Assembly (NCBI RefSeq): GCF_011045215.1
Contig: NZ_CP049201.1
Origin: Escherichia coli
GTDB taxonomy: Bacteria > Pseudomonadota > Gammaproteobacteria > Enterobacterales > Enterobacteriaceae
Strand: one strand, 5' to 3'
Length of the DNA: 64,000 nt
Part shown: piece after piece, positions 23,550-40,362 of the stretch
How the letters are laid out: the number at the start of each line of letters is the position of its first letter
Numbering within the stretch: the stretch's first letter is position 1
Program-made: the position numbers and the translations under genes
Notes under the pieces: model-generated
What the model was told of the DNA's origin: nothing
The model's input: only the letters and a program-made list of their open reading frames with translations
Databases searched by the model: none

Positions 23550-23730
23550 GCCAATTATCTTATAGACTAAATTTCACTGCTTAATATTAACTTAATAAAT
23601 ATCAGCTATTCTTATAAAGAAAATCTGAATTGTTTTTCGTTGCGTTGACCATCTGACAACGTAGCGTTAAAACTTTTAGCTCTTATCAGGATGCTAAAAA
23701 CATCATGATTCACAGTTAAGTTAATTCTGA

Positions 23731-24906
<1,176 letters not shown>

Positions 24907-25049
24907 CATCATGTTATCAGGGCGATTTTCGCCCTGATTCTCTTATGTTCCCTTTGTAATAATTCATTTTTTTTATCATTTATCCTATAGCATTCATGGC
25001 GATTATCGCTAAACTATGGCGACTTAAAATTATTTCGTCCGTTAGGGTA

Positions 25050-26030
25050 ATGATGAGAGTAGAAAATAATAATGTTTCTGGGCAAAACCATGACCCGGAA
25101 CAGATTGATTTGATTGATTTACTGGTGCAGTTGTGGCGTGGCAAGATGACAATTATCATCTCTGTCATTGTGGCTATTGCCCTGGCTATAGGGTATCTGG
25201 CCGTTGCCAAAGAAAAGTGGACTTCCACAGCTATCGTTACTCAACCTGATGTGGGGCAAATCGCTGGTTATAACAATGCCATAAATGTGATTTATGGTTC
25301 GGCAGCGCCGAAAGTGTCTGAGATCCAGTCGATGTTAATTGGTCGTTTCAGCACGACATTTTCTGCATTAGCAGAAACGCTGGATAATCAGGAAGAACCT
25401 GAAAAACTGACCATTGAGCCTACCGTTAAAAATCAGTCATTACCTTTAGCGGTTTCTTATGTGGGTGAAACACCTGAAGGTGCGCAGAAACAGCTGGCGA
25501 AGTATATCCAGCAAGTTGACGACCAGGTAAATGAAGAACTGGAACAAGACCTGAAAGACAACATCGCGCTGCAAATGAAAAACTTGCAGGATTCTCTGAA
25601 GACCCAGGAAGTGGTTGCGCAGGAGCAGAAAGATCTGCGTATCCGTCAGATTCAGGAAGCGTTGCAGTATGCGAATCAGGCGCAGGTGACAAAGCCGCAG
25701 ATTCAGCAGACACAGGACGTAACCCAAGATACTATGTTCCTTTTGGGGAGCGAAGCGCTGGAGTCGATGATTAAGCACGAGGCGACTCGTCCGTTGGTGT
25801 TCTCATCAAACTACTATCAGACTCGTCAAAACCTGCTGGATATCGACAATCTTGACGTTGATAAACTTGATATTCATGCTTACCGCTATGTAATGAAACC
25901 GACGTTACCTATTCGTCGCGATAGCCCGAAAAAGGCAATTACCTTGATTCTGGCGGTGCTGCTGGGCGGCATGGTTGGCGCGGGGATTGTGCTGGGGCGT
26001 AACGCTCTGCGTAATTACAACGCGAAGTAA
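25050..26030 (+). CDS. wzzB: O-antigen chain length determinant WzzB (Cld), about 326 aa
   Basis: ORF 24996..26030; start placed at the MMRVENNN methionines (25050 or 25053); two TM ends with coiled-coil middle. Confidence 0.88.
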   Translation: MMRVENNNVSGQNHDPEQIDLIDLLVQLWRGKMTIIISVIVAIALAIGYLAVAKEKWTSTAIVTQPDVGQIAGYNNAINVIYGSAAPKVSEIQSMLIGRFSTTFSALAETLDNQEEPEKLTIEPTVKNQSLPLAVSYVGETPEGAQKQLAKYIQQVDDQVNEELEQDLKDNIALQMKNLQDSLKTQEVVAQEQKDLRIRQIQEALQYANQAQVTKPQIQQTQDVTQDTMFLLGSEALESMIKHEATRPLVFSSNYYQTRQNLLDIDNLDVDKLDIHAYRYVMKPTLPIRRDSPKKAITLILAVLLGGMVGAGIVLGRNALRNYNAK

Positions 26031-26053
26031 TCTTTTCGGTTTTAAAGAAAAAG

Positions 26054-26088
26054 GGCAGGGTGGTGACACCTTGCCCGTTTTTTTTGCC
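26054..26088. terminator. Bidirectional Rho-independent terminator between wzzB and hisI
   Basis: Hairpin GGGCAGGGTGGTGACACCTTGCCC flanked by A-run and T-run; approximate. Confidence 0.55.
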
Positions 26089-26126
26089 GGATGCGATGTT
26101 GTTGTCGCATCCGCTTACCCCGCAAC

Positions 26127-26731
26127 TCACTGATGCCGTTTGCGCAGGTTCTCAATCACCGTTGTTAAATCCAGATCCTGATCCTGCAACAGCACCAACA
26201 GGTGATACACCAAGTCAGATGCCTCATTCTTCAGCTCAAAGCGGTCATGTACTGTCGCTGCCAGTGCGGTTTCCACGCCTTCTTCGCCCACTTTCTGCGC
26301 AATGCGTTTGGTGCCGCTGGCATACAGTTTGGCGGTATAGGAGGTTTCCGGATCGGCAGATTTACGTTCGGCGAGCAATTGTTCCAGTTGATACAGGAAC
26401 AGCCACTGGTGAGCGGTATCGCCGAAGCAGCTGCTGGTGCCTTTGTGGCAGGTTGGTCCGATAGGATTCGCCAGTACCAGTAGCGTGTCGTTGTCGCAGT
26501 CCGGCGCAATATTTACTACGTTGAGGAAATTGCCCGACGTTTCGCCTTTGGTCCACAGTCGCTGTTTAGTGCGCGAGAAGAAGGTGACTTTGCCGCTTTC
26601 GATGGTTTTGTCTAAGGCTTCCGGGTTCATATAGCCCAGCATTAACACTTCGCCGGATACCGCGTGTTGCACAATCACCGGCATAAGTCCGTCGGTTTTT
26701 TCCCAGTCCAGTTCGCGACGTTGTTGTTCTG

Positions 26732-26738
<7 letters not shown>
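26127..26738 (-). CDS. hisI: Bifunctional phosphoribosyl-AMP cyclohydrolase / phosphoribosyl-ATP pyrophosphatase, 203 aa
   Basis: ORF track; his operon order. Confidence 0.95.
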
Positions 26739-28816
<2,078 letters not shown>

Positions 28817-28817
<1 letters not shown>

Positions 28818-29883
28818 TACAGCACTCCTTTCGACGAGGGCAGGGTATCGCCTTCCACGCGGATGGCCTGGCGCAGGGTGCGACCAAAAGCTTTGAACAG
28901 GCTCTCTACACGGTGGTGATCGTTTTTACCTTTGGTTTTCAGGTGCAGGGTCACGCCCATGGTGTATGAGAGCGAACGGAAGAAGTGCTCGATCATTTCG
29001 GTGCTGAGATCGCCCACGCGCTGGTAGGTAAATTCGGCTTTATATTCCAGGTGCGGGCGACCAGAGATATCCAGTGCACAGCGGGCAAGGCATTCATCCA
29101 TTGGCAGCACAAAACCGAAGCGGCAAATACCGCGTTTGTCTCCGAGGGCGATTTTTAGCGCTTCGCCCAGCGCCAGACCGGTATCTTCGACGGTGTGGTG
29201 ATCGTCGATATAGAGGTCGCCTTTGACGTTGATTTCCATGCGGAAACCGCCGTGGGTGGCGATCTGATCCAGCATGTGATCAAAGAAGCCAACGCCGGTA
29301 TTAATCTTGCTGCCACCTTCGCGATCCAGCCACACCTGGACGTCAATTTGCGTCTCTTTGGTGTTACGCACTACATGGGCGTAACGGTCTCGTTTAGTGA
29401 GTTGCTCGCCAATCATCGGCCAGTTCAGGGTTTCGCGGTCGTAGCGTAAACCATTAATGCCCATGTTTTCCGCCAGTTGAATGTCGGTCGCGCGATCGCC
29501 AATCACATAACTGTTAGCGCGATCCATCGCTTGCTCAGCCAGATAACGTTCCACCAGTTTTACTTTCGGCTTACGGCAGTCGCACTCATCGGCGGGCAGG
29601 TGCGGACAAATCAGCACTTCATCAAATTGTACGCCTTGCGAGGTGAAGATCTGCATCATCAGGTTGTGCGGGCCATCGAAATCCGCCTGCGGGAAACTTT
29701 GTGTTCCCAGACCATCCTGATTAGTGATCATCACCAGCTTGTAGCCCGCTTTTTGCAGCTTTAGTAGCTCCGGGATCACGCCCGGTTCAAAGGCGAGTTT
29801 GTCAAAACGGTCCACCTGAAAATCACTCGGCGGTTCGCTAATCAGGGTTCCATCGCGATCGATAAAAAGATACTTCTGACTCA

Positions 29884-29884
<1 letters not shown>
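28817..29884 (-). CDS. hisB: Bifunctional histidinol-phosphatase / imidazoleglycerol-phosphate dehydratase, 355 aa
   Basis: ORF track. Confidence 0.95.
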
Positions 29885-32255
<2,371 letters not shown>

Positions 32256-32260
32256 GGCGA

Positions 32261-33160
32261 TCACTCCATCATCTTCTCAATCGGCAGGACCAGAATTGAA
32301 CTGGCACCCAGCGCTTTCAGTTTTTCCATCGTTTCCCAGAACAGGGTTTCACTGCTGACCATGTGCATCGCTACGCGCTGTTGGTCACCCGCCAGCGGCA
32401 GAATGGTTGGGCGTTCGGCACCTGGCAGCAGGGCGATGACTTCATCCAGACGTTCGGTCGGTGCGTGCATCATGATGTATTTTGATTCGCGCGCCTGAAT
32501 CACACCCTGAATACGGGTCAGCAGTTTGTCGATCAGTTGCTGTTTGGATTCTTCCATTTCGCCATCGCGTTGTATCAGGCAGGCTTTCGAGCGATAGATA
32601 ACTTCGACTTCGCGCAGGCCGTTAGCTTCCAGCGTGGCACCGGTGGAAACCAGATCGCAAATCGCATCCGCCAGTCCGGCACGCGGGGCGACTTCAACAG
32701 AACCGTTCAGTAAGCAGGATTTAAAACAGATACCTTTCTGGTCGAGATAACGCTTGAGCAGGTGAGGATAAGAGGTGGCGATACGTTTACCGTTTAAGGA
32801 GAGCGGGCCATCCCAGGCTTCATCAACCGGCGTTGCCAGTGAAAGTCGGCAGCCGCCGAAATCCAGACGACGCAGGGTAAAGTAGCGTGGATCTTCACCC
32901 TGGGCGCGGCGGTTAAGCAGCTCTTCTTCCAGCACGTTTTCGCCGATAATCCCGAGGTCAACCACGCCGTCCATTACCAGACCGGGAATGTCGTCGTCAC
33001 GCACGCGCAGAATATCAATCGGCATGTTTTCTGCCATCGCGATCAGGCGCTGGGTGTGAAGATTGATTTTAATGCCACAGCGCGCCAGCAATTCGCGTGA
33101 GTCATCACTTAAACGGCCGGATTTCTGCATAGCTATGCGTAAACGAGTGTTGTCTGTCAT
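32261..33160 (-). CDS. hisG: ATP phosphoribosyltransferase, 299 aa
   Basis: ORF 32261..33199; start at [18 protein letters not shown]. Confidence 0.93.
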   Translation of the reverse strand: MTDNTRLRIAMQKSGRLSDDSRELLARCGIKINLHTQRLIAMAENMPIDILRVRDDDIPGLVMDGVVDLGIIGENVLEEELLNRRAQGEDPRYFTLRRLDFGGCRLSLATPVDEAWDGPLSLNGKRIATSYPHLLKRYLDQKGICFKSCLLNGSVEVAPRAGLADAICDLVSTGATLEANGLREVEVIYRSKACLIQRDGEMEESKQQLIDKLLTRIQGVIQARESKYIMMHAPTERLDEVIALLPGAERPTILPLAGDQQRVAMHMVSSETLFWETMEKLKALGASSILVLPIEKMME

Positions 33161-33208
33161 TTTCTTATTCCTCTTTAAACCTGTCTGAACCGTTATCAAC
33201 CGCGCAAT

Positions 33209-33241
33209 AAAAAAGCCCCCGGAAGGTGATCTTCCGGGGGC
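33209..33241 (-). terminator. his attenuator terminator hairpin
   Basis: On minus strand GCCCCCGGAAGATCACCTTCCGGGGGC followed by U-run, between hisL and hisG. Confidence 0.8.
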
Positions 33242-33305
33242 TTTCTCATGCGTTCATGCACCACTGGAAGATCTGAATGTCTTCCAGCACACATCGCCTG
33301 AAAGA

Positions 33306-33356
33306 CTAGTCAGGATGATGGTGATGATGGTGGTGTTTAAATTGAACGCGTGTCAT
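33306..33356 (-). CDS. hisL: his operon leader peptide, 16 aa (MTRVQFKHHHHHHHPD)
   Basis: Minus-strand ATG followed by seven consecutive His codons, upstream of attenuator. Confidence 0.9.
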   Translation of the reverse strand: MTRVQFKHHHHHHHPD

Positions 33357-33580
33357 AAAAGTCTCTGTGAATGTTTATTCAACTGATGTCTTTTAACCTA
33401 AACCACTTTCACGTTAGAAAGCAAGGGCTTTTTTATATATTTTATTGCAATGGATTTGTTTAATGAATGAGCGGGGAAAGGAGGGGGCCTGGAGTGACTA
33501 CGTTAGAAAAGTAATCGTGAAAATATGTCTTTAAAACCCTCAAGAACATTGTGGTCTGTAACTAAAGTGGGCTTTGTTCC

Positions 33581-33680
33581 TGCCGGATGCGGCGTGAATG
33601 CCTTATCAGGTCTACAAATGTTGCCTAAATTCAATATATTGATGTTTTGTAGGACTGATAAGCGGAGCGCATCAGGCAAT
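33581..33680. repeat. REP/BIME element
   Basis: TGCCGGATGCGGCGTGAATGCCTTATCAGG ... GCGGAGCGCATCAGGC palindromic units; approximate. Confidence 0.6.
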
Positions 33681-33781
33681 GGTATATTTGCTAACAGTTT
33701 CGATTTCATTCATAGAATGAATTGTCAGTTTTGATACGCTAGCGTAGCCTTATAGATCTAAGGTGTATCAGGAGATAACGG

Positions 33782-34606
33782 ATGAAAAAGGTCGCAATTG
33801 TCGGGTTAGGGTGGTTAGGCATGCCGCTGGCGATGTCACTTTCAGCGCGAGGCTGGCAAGTCACCGGGAGTAAAACCACACAAGATGGTGTCGAAGCGGC
33901 CCGAATGAGTGGCATTGATAGCTATCTGCTTCGCATGGAGCCTGAGCTAGTTTGCGATTCTGACGATCTGGATGCCCTGATGGATGCCGACGCGCTGGTC
34001 ATTACGCTTCCGGCACGTCGTAGCGGCCCCGGCGATGAGTTCTATTTACAAGCGGTACAAGAGTTAGTGGATAGCGCGCTGGCCCATCGTATTCCCCGCA
34101 TTATTTTCACCAGCTCAACATCTGTCTATGGCGACGCGCAAGGCACGGTGAAAGAAACCACCCCGCGTAATCCGGTGACCAACAGTGGACGAGTATTAGA
34201 AGAACTCGAAGACTGGCTGCACAATTTACCCGGTACTTCGGTCGATATTCTGCGTCTTGCGGGGCTGGTCGGACCGGGACGTCATCCCGGACGCTTCTTT
34301 GCCGGAAAAACCGCGCCTGATGGTGAACATGGTGTTAATTTAGTCCATTTAGAAGATGTTATTGGCGCTATCACTCTGTTGTTACAGGCACCTAAAGGCG
34401 GACACATCTATAATATATGTGCGCCAGCTCACCCTGCGCGTAATGTTTTCTATCCGCAGATGGCCCGTTTACTGGGGCTGGAGCCTCCGCAGTTCAGAAA
34501 TAGTCTGGACAGCGGCAAAGGTAAGATTATTGATGGCAGTCGGATTTGTAATGAACTGGGATTTGAATACCAGTATCCCGATCCGCTGGTAATGCCGCTG
34601 GAGTAA
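33782..34606 (+). CDS. yeeZ: Putative NAD-dependent epimerase/dehydratase YeeZ, 274 aa
   Basis: ORF track; Rossmann N-terminus; synteny next to his operon. Confidence 0.85.
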   Translation: MKKVAIVGLGWLGMPLAMSLSARGWQVTGSKTTQDGVEAARMSGIDSYLLRMEPELVCDSDDLDALMDADALVITLPARRSGPGDEFYLQAVQELVDSALAHRIPRIIFTSSTSVYGDAQGTVKETTPRNPVTNSGRVLEELEDWLHNLPGTSVDILRLAGLVGPGRHPGRFFAGKTAPDGEHGVNLVHLEDVIGAITLLLQAPKGGHIYNICAPAHPARNVFYPQMARLLGLEPPQFRNSLDSGKGKIIDGSRICNELGFEYQYPDPLVMPLE

Positions 34607-34651
34607 ACGATCACGCCAGCAGGACGCCGCATGCACTGCAAGGGGGCGTGT

Positions 34652-35581
34652 ATGAAACCACTGCTGGATGTGTTGATGATCCTCGATGCTTTAGAAAAAG
34701 AAGGCAGTTTTGCGGCGGCGTCGGCCAAACTCTATAAGACGCCGTCCGCTCTGAGTTACACCGTTCACAAGCTGGAAAGCGACCTTAATATTCAATTGCT
34801 TGATCGTAGCGGTCACCGCGCTAAATTCACCCGTACCGGAAAAATGTTATTAGAGAAAGGGCGGGAAGTTCTGCATACCGTGCGAGAACTGGAAAAGCAG
34901 GCGATCAAACTGCATGAAGGCTGGGAAAACGAGCTGGTGATTGGCGTGGACGACACGTTTCCTTTTTCTCTGCTTGCGCCACTGATTGAAGCTTTTTATC
35001 AACATCATAGCGTGACGCGCCTGAAGTTTATCAATGGCGTACTCGGTGGTTCCTGGGATGCCCTGACTCAGGGGCGAGCGGATATTATTGTTGGCGCGAT
35101 GCATGAGCCACCATCTTCCAGTGAGTTTGGTTTTTCACGGTTGGGCGATCTGGAACAAGTCTTTGCGGTCGCGCCTCATCATCCGTTAGCCCTGGAAGAA
35201 GAGCCGTTAAACCGTCGTATTATTAAGCGATATCGGGCGATTGTGGTGGGGGATACTGCGCAGGCAGGCGCTTCTACGGCCTCACAACTTCTCGACGAAC
35301 AAGAAGCCATTACCGTTTTCGATTTTAAAACCAAGCTGGAGCTGCAAATTAGCGGCCTCGGCTGCGGCTATTTACCCCGTTATCTGGCACAACGTTTTCT
35401 CGATAGTGGCGCGTTAATAGAGAAGAAAGTGGTCGCCCAAACTCTCTTTGAACCCGTCTGGATTGGCTGGAACGAACAGACCGCAGGGCTTGCCAGCGGC
35501 TGGTGGCGGGATGAAATTTTAGCAAATAGTGCGATCGTCGGTGTTTATGCAAAATCTGATGACGGAAAATCAGCCATTTAA
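34652..35581 (+). CDS. yeeY: LysR-family transcriptional regulator YeeY, 309 aa
   Basis: ORF 34631..35581; start at MKPLLDVLMILDAL; N-terminal HTH. Confidence 0.85.
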   Translation: MKPLLDVLMILDALEKEGSFAAASAKLYKTPSALSYTVHKLESDLNIQLLDRSGHRAKFTRTGKMLLEKGREVLHTVRELEKQAIKLHEGWENELVIGVDDTFPFSLLAPLIEAFYQHHSVTRLKFINGVLGGSWDALTQGRADIIVGAMHEPPSSSEFGFSRLGDLEQVFAVAPHHPLALEEEPLNRRIIKRYRAIVVGDTAQAGASTASQLLDEQEAITVFDFKTKLELQISGLGCGYLPRYLAQRFLDSGALIEKKVVAQTLFEPVWIGWNEQTAGLASGWWRDEILANSAIVGVYAKSDDGKSAI

Positions 35582-35847
35582 AGAAAAATTATTATGACAA
35601 GCCTCTCATTCTCTTGTCATTTCCCCCCCATTTAGGCACAATGCGCCGCTGTCAAAAAATGACTAAAAACCGACGTTTCATCAGCGTCGGTTATTTTTTG
35701 CTTCAAACCAATCATTCATACCAAGAGGCCGGGCTTCGTACCGGATAGATATTTACTAAAAATCGACAGTTGTTGTCGCTGAGGAATCCAAAAAAATGGG
35801 GCAATTTTTTGCTTACGCGACGGTTATCACCGTAAAGGAGAATGACC

Positions 35848-37206
35848 ATGTCGCATAACGTTACTCCAAACACCTCTCGCGTGGAATTGCGTAAAACGCT
35901 TACGTTAGTTCCGGTTGTAATGATGGGTCTTGCCTATATGCAGCCGATGACGCTGTTTGATACTTTTGGTATCGTTTCAGGCCTCACGGATGGTCATGTG
36001 CCGACAGCCTATGCGTTCGCATTGATTGCGATCCTGTTTACGGCTCTGAGCTACGGGAAGCTGGTTCGCCGCTATCCTTCTGCTGGCTCTGCATACACTT
36101 ACGCCCAGAAATCCATTAGCCCGACGGTTGGCTTTATGGTGGGTTGGTCTTCTCTGCTCGACTATCTGTTCGCGCCGATGATCAACATTCTGCTGGCGAA
36201 AATTTATTTTGAAGCTCTGGTGCCTTCCATCCCATCGTGGATGTTTGTGGTGGCGCTGGTGGCCTTTATGACCGCCTTTAACCTGCGTAGTCTGAAATCC
36301 GTAGCGAACTTCAACACTGTAATCGTCGTGTTGCAGGTAGTGCTGATCGCGGTGATTCTGGGCATGGTTGTTTATGGCGTATTTGAAGGTGAAGGCGCTG
36401 GTACGCTGGCGAGCACTCGTCCGTTCTGGTCTGGCGATGCGCATGTTATCCCGATGATTACCGGGGCGACAATCCTGTGCTTCTCCTTTACCGGCTTTGA
36501 CGGCATCAGCAACCTGTCGGAAGAAACCAAAGATGCAGAGCGCGTAATCCCGCGTGCGATTTTCCTGACCGCGCTGATTGGCGGCATGATCTTCATCTTT
36601 GCAACTTACTTCCTGCAGCTGTACTTCCCGGATATCTCTCGCTTTAAAGATCCGGATGCGTCACAGCCTGAAATCATGCTGTACGTGGCAGGTAAAGCAT
36701 TCCAGGTTGGTGCGCTGATCTTCTCCACCATTACCGTACTGGCGTCCGGTATGGCGGCGCACGCAGGTGTTGCGCGTCTGATGTACGTAATGGGTCGTGA
36801 CGGCGTATTCCCGAAAAGCTTCTTCGGTTATGTACACCCGAAATGGCGTACTCCGGCAATGAACATCATCCTGGTTGGCGCGATTGCCCTGCTGGCAATC
36901 AACTTCGACCTGGTAATGGCTACGGCGCTGATTAACTTTGGTGCGTTGGTGGCGTTCACCTTCGTTAACCTGTCGGTCATCTCGCAGTTCTGGATCCGTG
37001 AGAAGCGTAACAAGACGCTGAAAGATCACTTCCAGTATCTGTTCCTGCCGATGTGTGGTGCGCTGACCGTTGGTGCGCTGTGGGTTAACCTGGAAGAAAG
37101 CTCAATGGTTCTGGGTCTGATCTGGGCTGCTATCGGTCTGATTTACCTGGCTTGCGTCACCAAGAGCTTCCGTAACCCGGTTCCGCAGTACGAAGACGTA
37201 GCATAA
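35848..37206 (+). CDS. plaP: Putrescine importer PlaP (YeeF), APC-family permease, 452 aa
   Basis: ORF 35842..37206; start at ATG 35848 after AAGGAG; polytopic. Confidence 0.88.
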   Translation: MSHNVTPNTSRVELRKTLTLVPVVMMGLAYMQPMTLFDTFGIVSGLTDGHVPTAYAFALIAILFTALSYGKLVRRYPSAGSAYTYAQKSISPTVGFMVGWSSLLDYLFAPMINILLAKIYFEALVPSIPSWMFVVALVAFMTAFNLRSLKSVANFNTVIVVLQVVLIAVILGMVVYGVFEGEGAGTLASTRPFWSGDAHVIPMITGATILCFSFTGFDGISNLSEETKDAERVIPRAIFLTALIGGMIFIFATYFLQLYFPDISRFKDPDASQPEIMLYVAGKAFQVGALIFSTITVLASGMAAHAGVARLMYVMGRDGVFPKSFFGYVHPKWRTPAMNIILVGAIALLAINFDLVMATALINFGALVAFTFVNLSVISQFWIREKRNKTLKDHFQYLFLPMCGALTVGALWVNLEESSMVLGLIWAAIGLIYLACVTKSFRNPVPQYEDVA

Positions 37207-37224
37207 TCATCTTTTCTAATAATA

Positions 37225-37262
37225 AACCGGAGTCGAATGAATATTTGGCTCCGGTTTTTTTA
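37225..37262 (+). terminator. Rho-independent terminator after plaP
   Basis: Hairpin AACCGGAGTCGAATGAATATTTGGCTCCGGTT followed by T7; approximate. Confidence 0.7.
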
Positions 37263-37384
37263 TTCTTTTTTATCGACATCCTCATTAATAACCATTTGTT
37301 CTAATTTAGAGAATTTGGTTATTGGTCTGCATTCCACCAGTCATGAATAATTTCCTCATTAACATTCATCTGGTTAATTAATTT

Positions 37385-38443
37385 ATGTTTTCAATGATAT
37401 TAAGCGGGCTAATTTGTGGTGCTCTGCTGGGATTTGTCATGCAGCGTGGGCGTTTTTGCCTGACAGGTGGTTTTCGCGATATGTATATCGCGAAAAATAA
37501 TCGCATGTTTTACGCCTTGCTGATTGCAATTTCGGTACAAAGCGTGGGGGTTTTTGCGTTAATTCAGGCGGGCCTACTGACTTACGAAGCCGGGGCGTTC
37601 CCGTGGCTTGGTACTGTTATAGGTGGGTATATCTTCGGGCTGGGAATTGTTCTGGCGGGTGGATGTGCCACCGGGACCTGGTATCGCGCGGGTGAGGGAT
37701 TGATCGGCAGTTGGATCGCGCTTTTCACTTATATGGTGATGAGTGCGGTGATGCGTTCTCCACATGCCAGTGGTTTAAATCAAACCTTGCAGCACTACAG
37801 TACTGAACATAACTCTATTGCTGAGACTTTTAATTTGTCTGTGTGGCCGTTGGTTACCGTTTTGCTGGTGATAACGCTCTTGGTGGTGATGAAAGAGTTG
37901 AAGAAGCCAAAACTCAAAGTCGCGACCTTACCGCCGCGCCGAACCGGGATCGCTCATATTCTGTTTGAAAAACGCTGGCATCCCTTTGTCACTGCTGTAC
38001 TCATCGGTTTGATTGCGCTTTTAGCCTGGCCCCTGAGTGAAGCAACCGGACGCATGTTTGGGTTAGGAATCACTTCCCCAACGGCCAATATTCTGCAATT
38101 TCTGGTCGCGGGTGACGTGAAATACATTAACTGGGGCGTTTTCCTGGTGTTAGGGATCTTCGTGGGGTCATTTATTGCAGCCAAAGCGAGCCGTGAGTTC
38201 CGCGTTCGCGCAGCTGATGCACAAACAACATTACGTAGCGGGTTAGGTGGTGTACTGATGGGCTTCGGTGCCAGTATTGCAGGTGGTTGCTCTATCGGTA
38301 ATGGACTGGTTATGACTGCAATGATGACCTGGCAGGGCTGGATTGGCCTTGTATTTATGATTCTCGGAGTCTGGACTGCGTCCTGGCTTGTGTATGTTCG
38401 ACCGCAGCGTAAGGCGCGACTGGCAACTGCTGCGGCAAATTAA
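37385..38443 (+). CDS. yeeE: Thiosulfate transporter YeeE (TsuA), 352 aa
   Basis: ORF track; polytopic membrane protein; synteny. Confidence 0.88.
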   Translation: MFSMILSGLICGALLGFVMQRGRFCLTGGFRDMYIAKNNRMFYALLIAISVQSVGVFALIQAGLLTYEAGAFPWLGTVIGGYIFGLGIVLAGGCATGTWYRAGEGLIGSWIALFTYMVMSAVMRSPHASGLNQTLQHYSTEHNSIAETFNLSVWPLVTVLLVITLLVVMKELKKPKLKVATLPPRRTGIAHILFEKRWHPFVTAVLIGLIALLAWPLSEATGRMFGLGITSPTANILQFLVAGDVKYINWGVFLVLGIFVGSFIAAKASREFRVRAADAQTTLRSGLGGVLMGFGASIAGGCSIGNGLVMTAMMTWQGWIGLVFMILGVWTASWLVYVRPQRKARLATAAAN

Positions 38444-38456
38444 GTAAGGTGTAAAG

Positions 38457-38684
38457 ATGGCGATTAAAAAGCTGGATGTGGTGACGCAGGTCTGTCCGTT
38501 TCCACTCATAGAAGCAAAAGCAGCACTGGCAGAAATGGCCAGCGGCGATGAGTTGGTAATTGAGTTTGATTGCACCCAGGCAACTGAAGCAATCCCACAG
38601 TGGGCGGCAGAAGAAGGGCATGCCATCACCGATTATCAGCAGATTGGCGATGCAGCGTGGAGTATCACCGTTCAAAAAGCCTGA
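38457..38684 (+). CDS. yeeD: TusA-like sulfur carrier YeeD (TsuB), 75 aa
   Basis: ORF track; CPFP motif. Confidence 0.9.
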   Translation: MAIKKLDVVTQVCPFPLIEAKAALAEMASGDELVIEFDCTQATEAIPQWAAEEGHAITDYQQIGDAAWSITVQKA

Positions 38685-38726
38685 CTCAACATTGACCTCC
38701 GCCGTACCAGCGGCGGAGGCTTCAAA

Positions 38727-40154
38727 TTAGACGATCTCTTCCGCGTACTGCCAAAGCGCTTTTAACAGCGCCACTTTCTCTTTGTTATCGGCATATTGTT
38801 GTGCCAGCATCTGCAATTCATCTGCATAACCTTGTAAAAACTCGGGCGTGAAGACCTGGCGGCGGTGCTCCAGCCAGCGTTGCTGCTCGGCATAATCCAG
38901 CGTCCCCGGGAAGTTGCGTGCCCGATAATTGAACAACAGTTTTTCAATTCGTTTATCAACAAAAGTGATATCCAGTGCCGGTAAATTACGCGGCTCGGTT
39001 TCCAGCACAATTTTCATTGCTGCGCGATCGGCGTCACTGAAAAAGCCGTTATAAAGCTGTGCATCCACGTTATCTGAAGGCGTAAACGGTTCGGCTTCCG
39101 CGAATATCGCCACCACTTTTTCACGCACTTGCGGATTTTCACGCAGAATTTTCAGGTTATCGAGGCAATGCTGACGATTAATTCCCAGTCGGTCGGCATC
39201 TTCCGGGCGTAGCGTATTCGCCTGGGCCAGCACCGGACATTTATTGATGTGCACCAGCTTAACCGGAACGGCGGCGTTATCGCCAAGATCGGTTTTTGCG
39301 GTATATAAACGCTCGCGCAATGTGTCGCTATCCAGTTCCAGTAATGGCGAAATGTCTCCTGCCAAATCCACCATAATTATGGCATTGCGATTTTCAGGAT
39401 GCCACGCCAGCGGTGCCACCCAGCTGGTGTTGCCGCGCCATGCCCCAAACATTCCGGAAACGTGCACCAGGGGTTTCATCTGCGGAACATCAATCAACGC
39501 CATCAGTTTGTGTTTATTGCGATGGGTAAAGAGATAATCAAACAGGCGTGGCTGACGCGTTTTTACCAGCTTTGCCATCGCAATAGTGGCGTACACATCA
39601 GCCATAGCATCGTGGGCGTTGCTATGTTCAATACCATTCGCTTTGGTTAAATGCTCAAGGCGAAAGCTCGGTAGACCGTCATCATTTTCAGGCCAGTTTA
39701 TTCCTTCCGGGCGCAGGGCATAACAGGCACGCATAACATCCAGCAAATCCCAGCGCGAGTTATCATGCTGCCAGCTCCAGGCGTAAGGATCGTAGAAATT
39801 ACGATAAAAAACGTTGCGTGTGACTTCGTCGTCGAAACGCACATTGTTGTAGCCCAGAATACAGGTCTTCGGTACGTTAAAAAGCGAGTGAATACGGGCG
39901 GCAAACGCGGCTTCGTTTTCTCCTTTCGCCCGTGCTTCCTGCGGGGTAATACCGGTAATTAATACTGCTCCAGGCTGGGGCAAATAGTCATCCGCGGGCT
40001 TGCAGTAAAAGACTTCGGGTTCGCCGATGACATTGAATTCGCTATCGGTGCGAATGGCTGCGAACTGTGCAGGGCGATCTAACGCGGGGTGCGTGCCAAA
40101 GGTTTCGTAATCGTGAAACAAAAAGGTAGATTGTTGCTTACCGTCATTCATCAT
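38727..40154 (-). CDS. sbcB: Exodeoxyribonuclease I, 475 aa
   Basis: ORF 38727..40202; start at MMNDGKQQSTFLFHDYETFG. Confidence 0.92.
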   Translation of the reverse strand: MMNDGKQQSTFLFHDYETFGTHPALDRPAQFAAIRTDSEFNVIGEPEVFYCKPADDYLPQPGAVLITGITPQEARAKGENEAAFAARIHSLFNVPKTCILGYNNVRFDDEVTRNVFYRNFYDPYAWSWQHDNSRWDLLDVMRACYALRPEGINWPENDDGLPSFRLEHLTKANGIEHSNAHDAMADVYATIAMAKLVKTRQPRLFDYLFTHRNKHKLMALIDVPQMKPLVHVSGMFGAWRGNTSWVAPLAWHPENRNAIIMVDLAGDISPLLELDSDTLRERLYTAKTDLGDNAAVPVKLVHINKCPVLAQANTLRPEDADRLGINRQHCLDNLKILRENPQVREKVVAIFAEAEPFTPSDNVDAQLYNGFFSDADRAAMKIVLETEPRNLPALDITFVDKRIEKLLFNYRARNFPGTLDYAEQQRWLEHRRQVFTPEFLQGYADELQMLAQQYADNKEKVALLKALWQYAEEIV

Positions 40155-40362
40155 TAGGTTAAATCCGTTATTTCTGCTGTCTGCCAGAGTATCAAATATC
40201 ACCGTGCTAATCAGCTTTAGCGCGACAATTTGACAGCGAGTAGCAACAGATCATGTCAGATGAAAATGAGAGGGTAGTCACATTTTCTTGCACTTTATTC
40301 CAGCCAGTTCATAAGTATTTCCGTAAAAAGAACAGCTATTTGAAACTCCTGAGGGTTTGCTG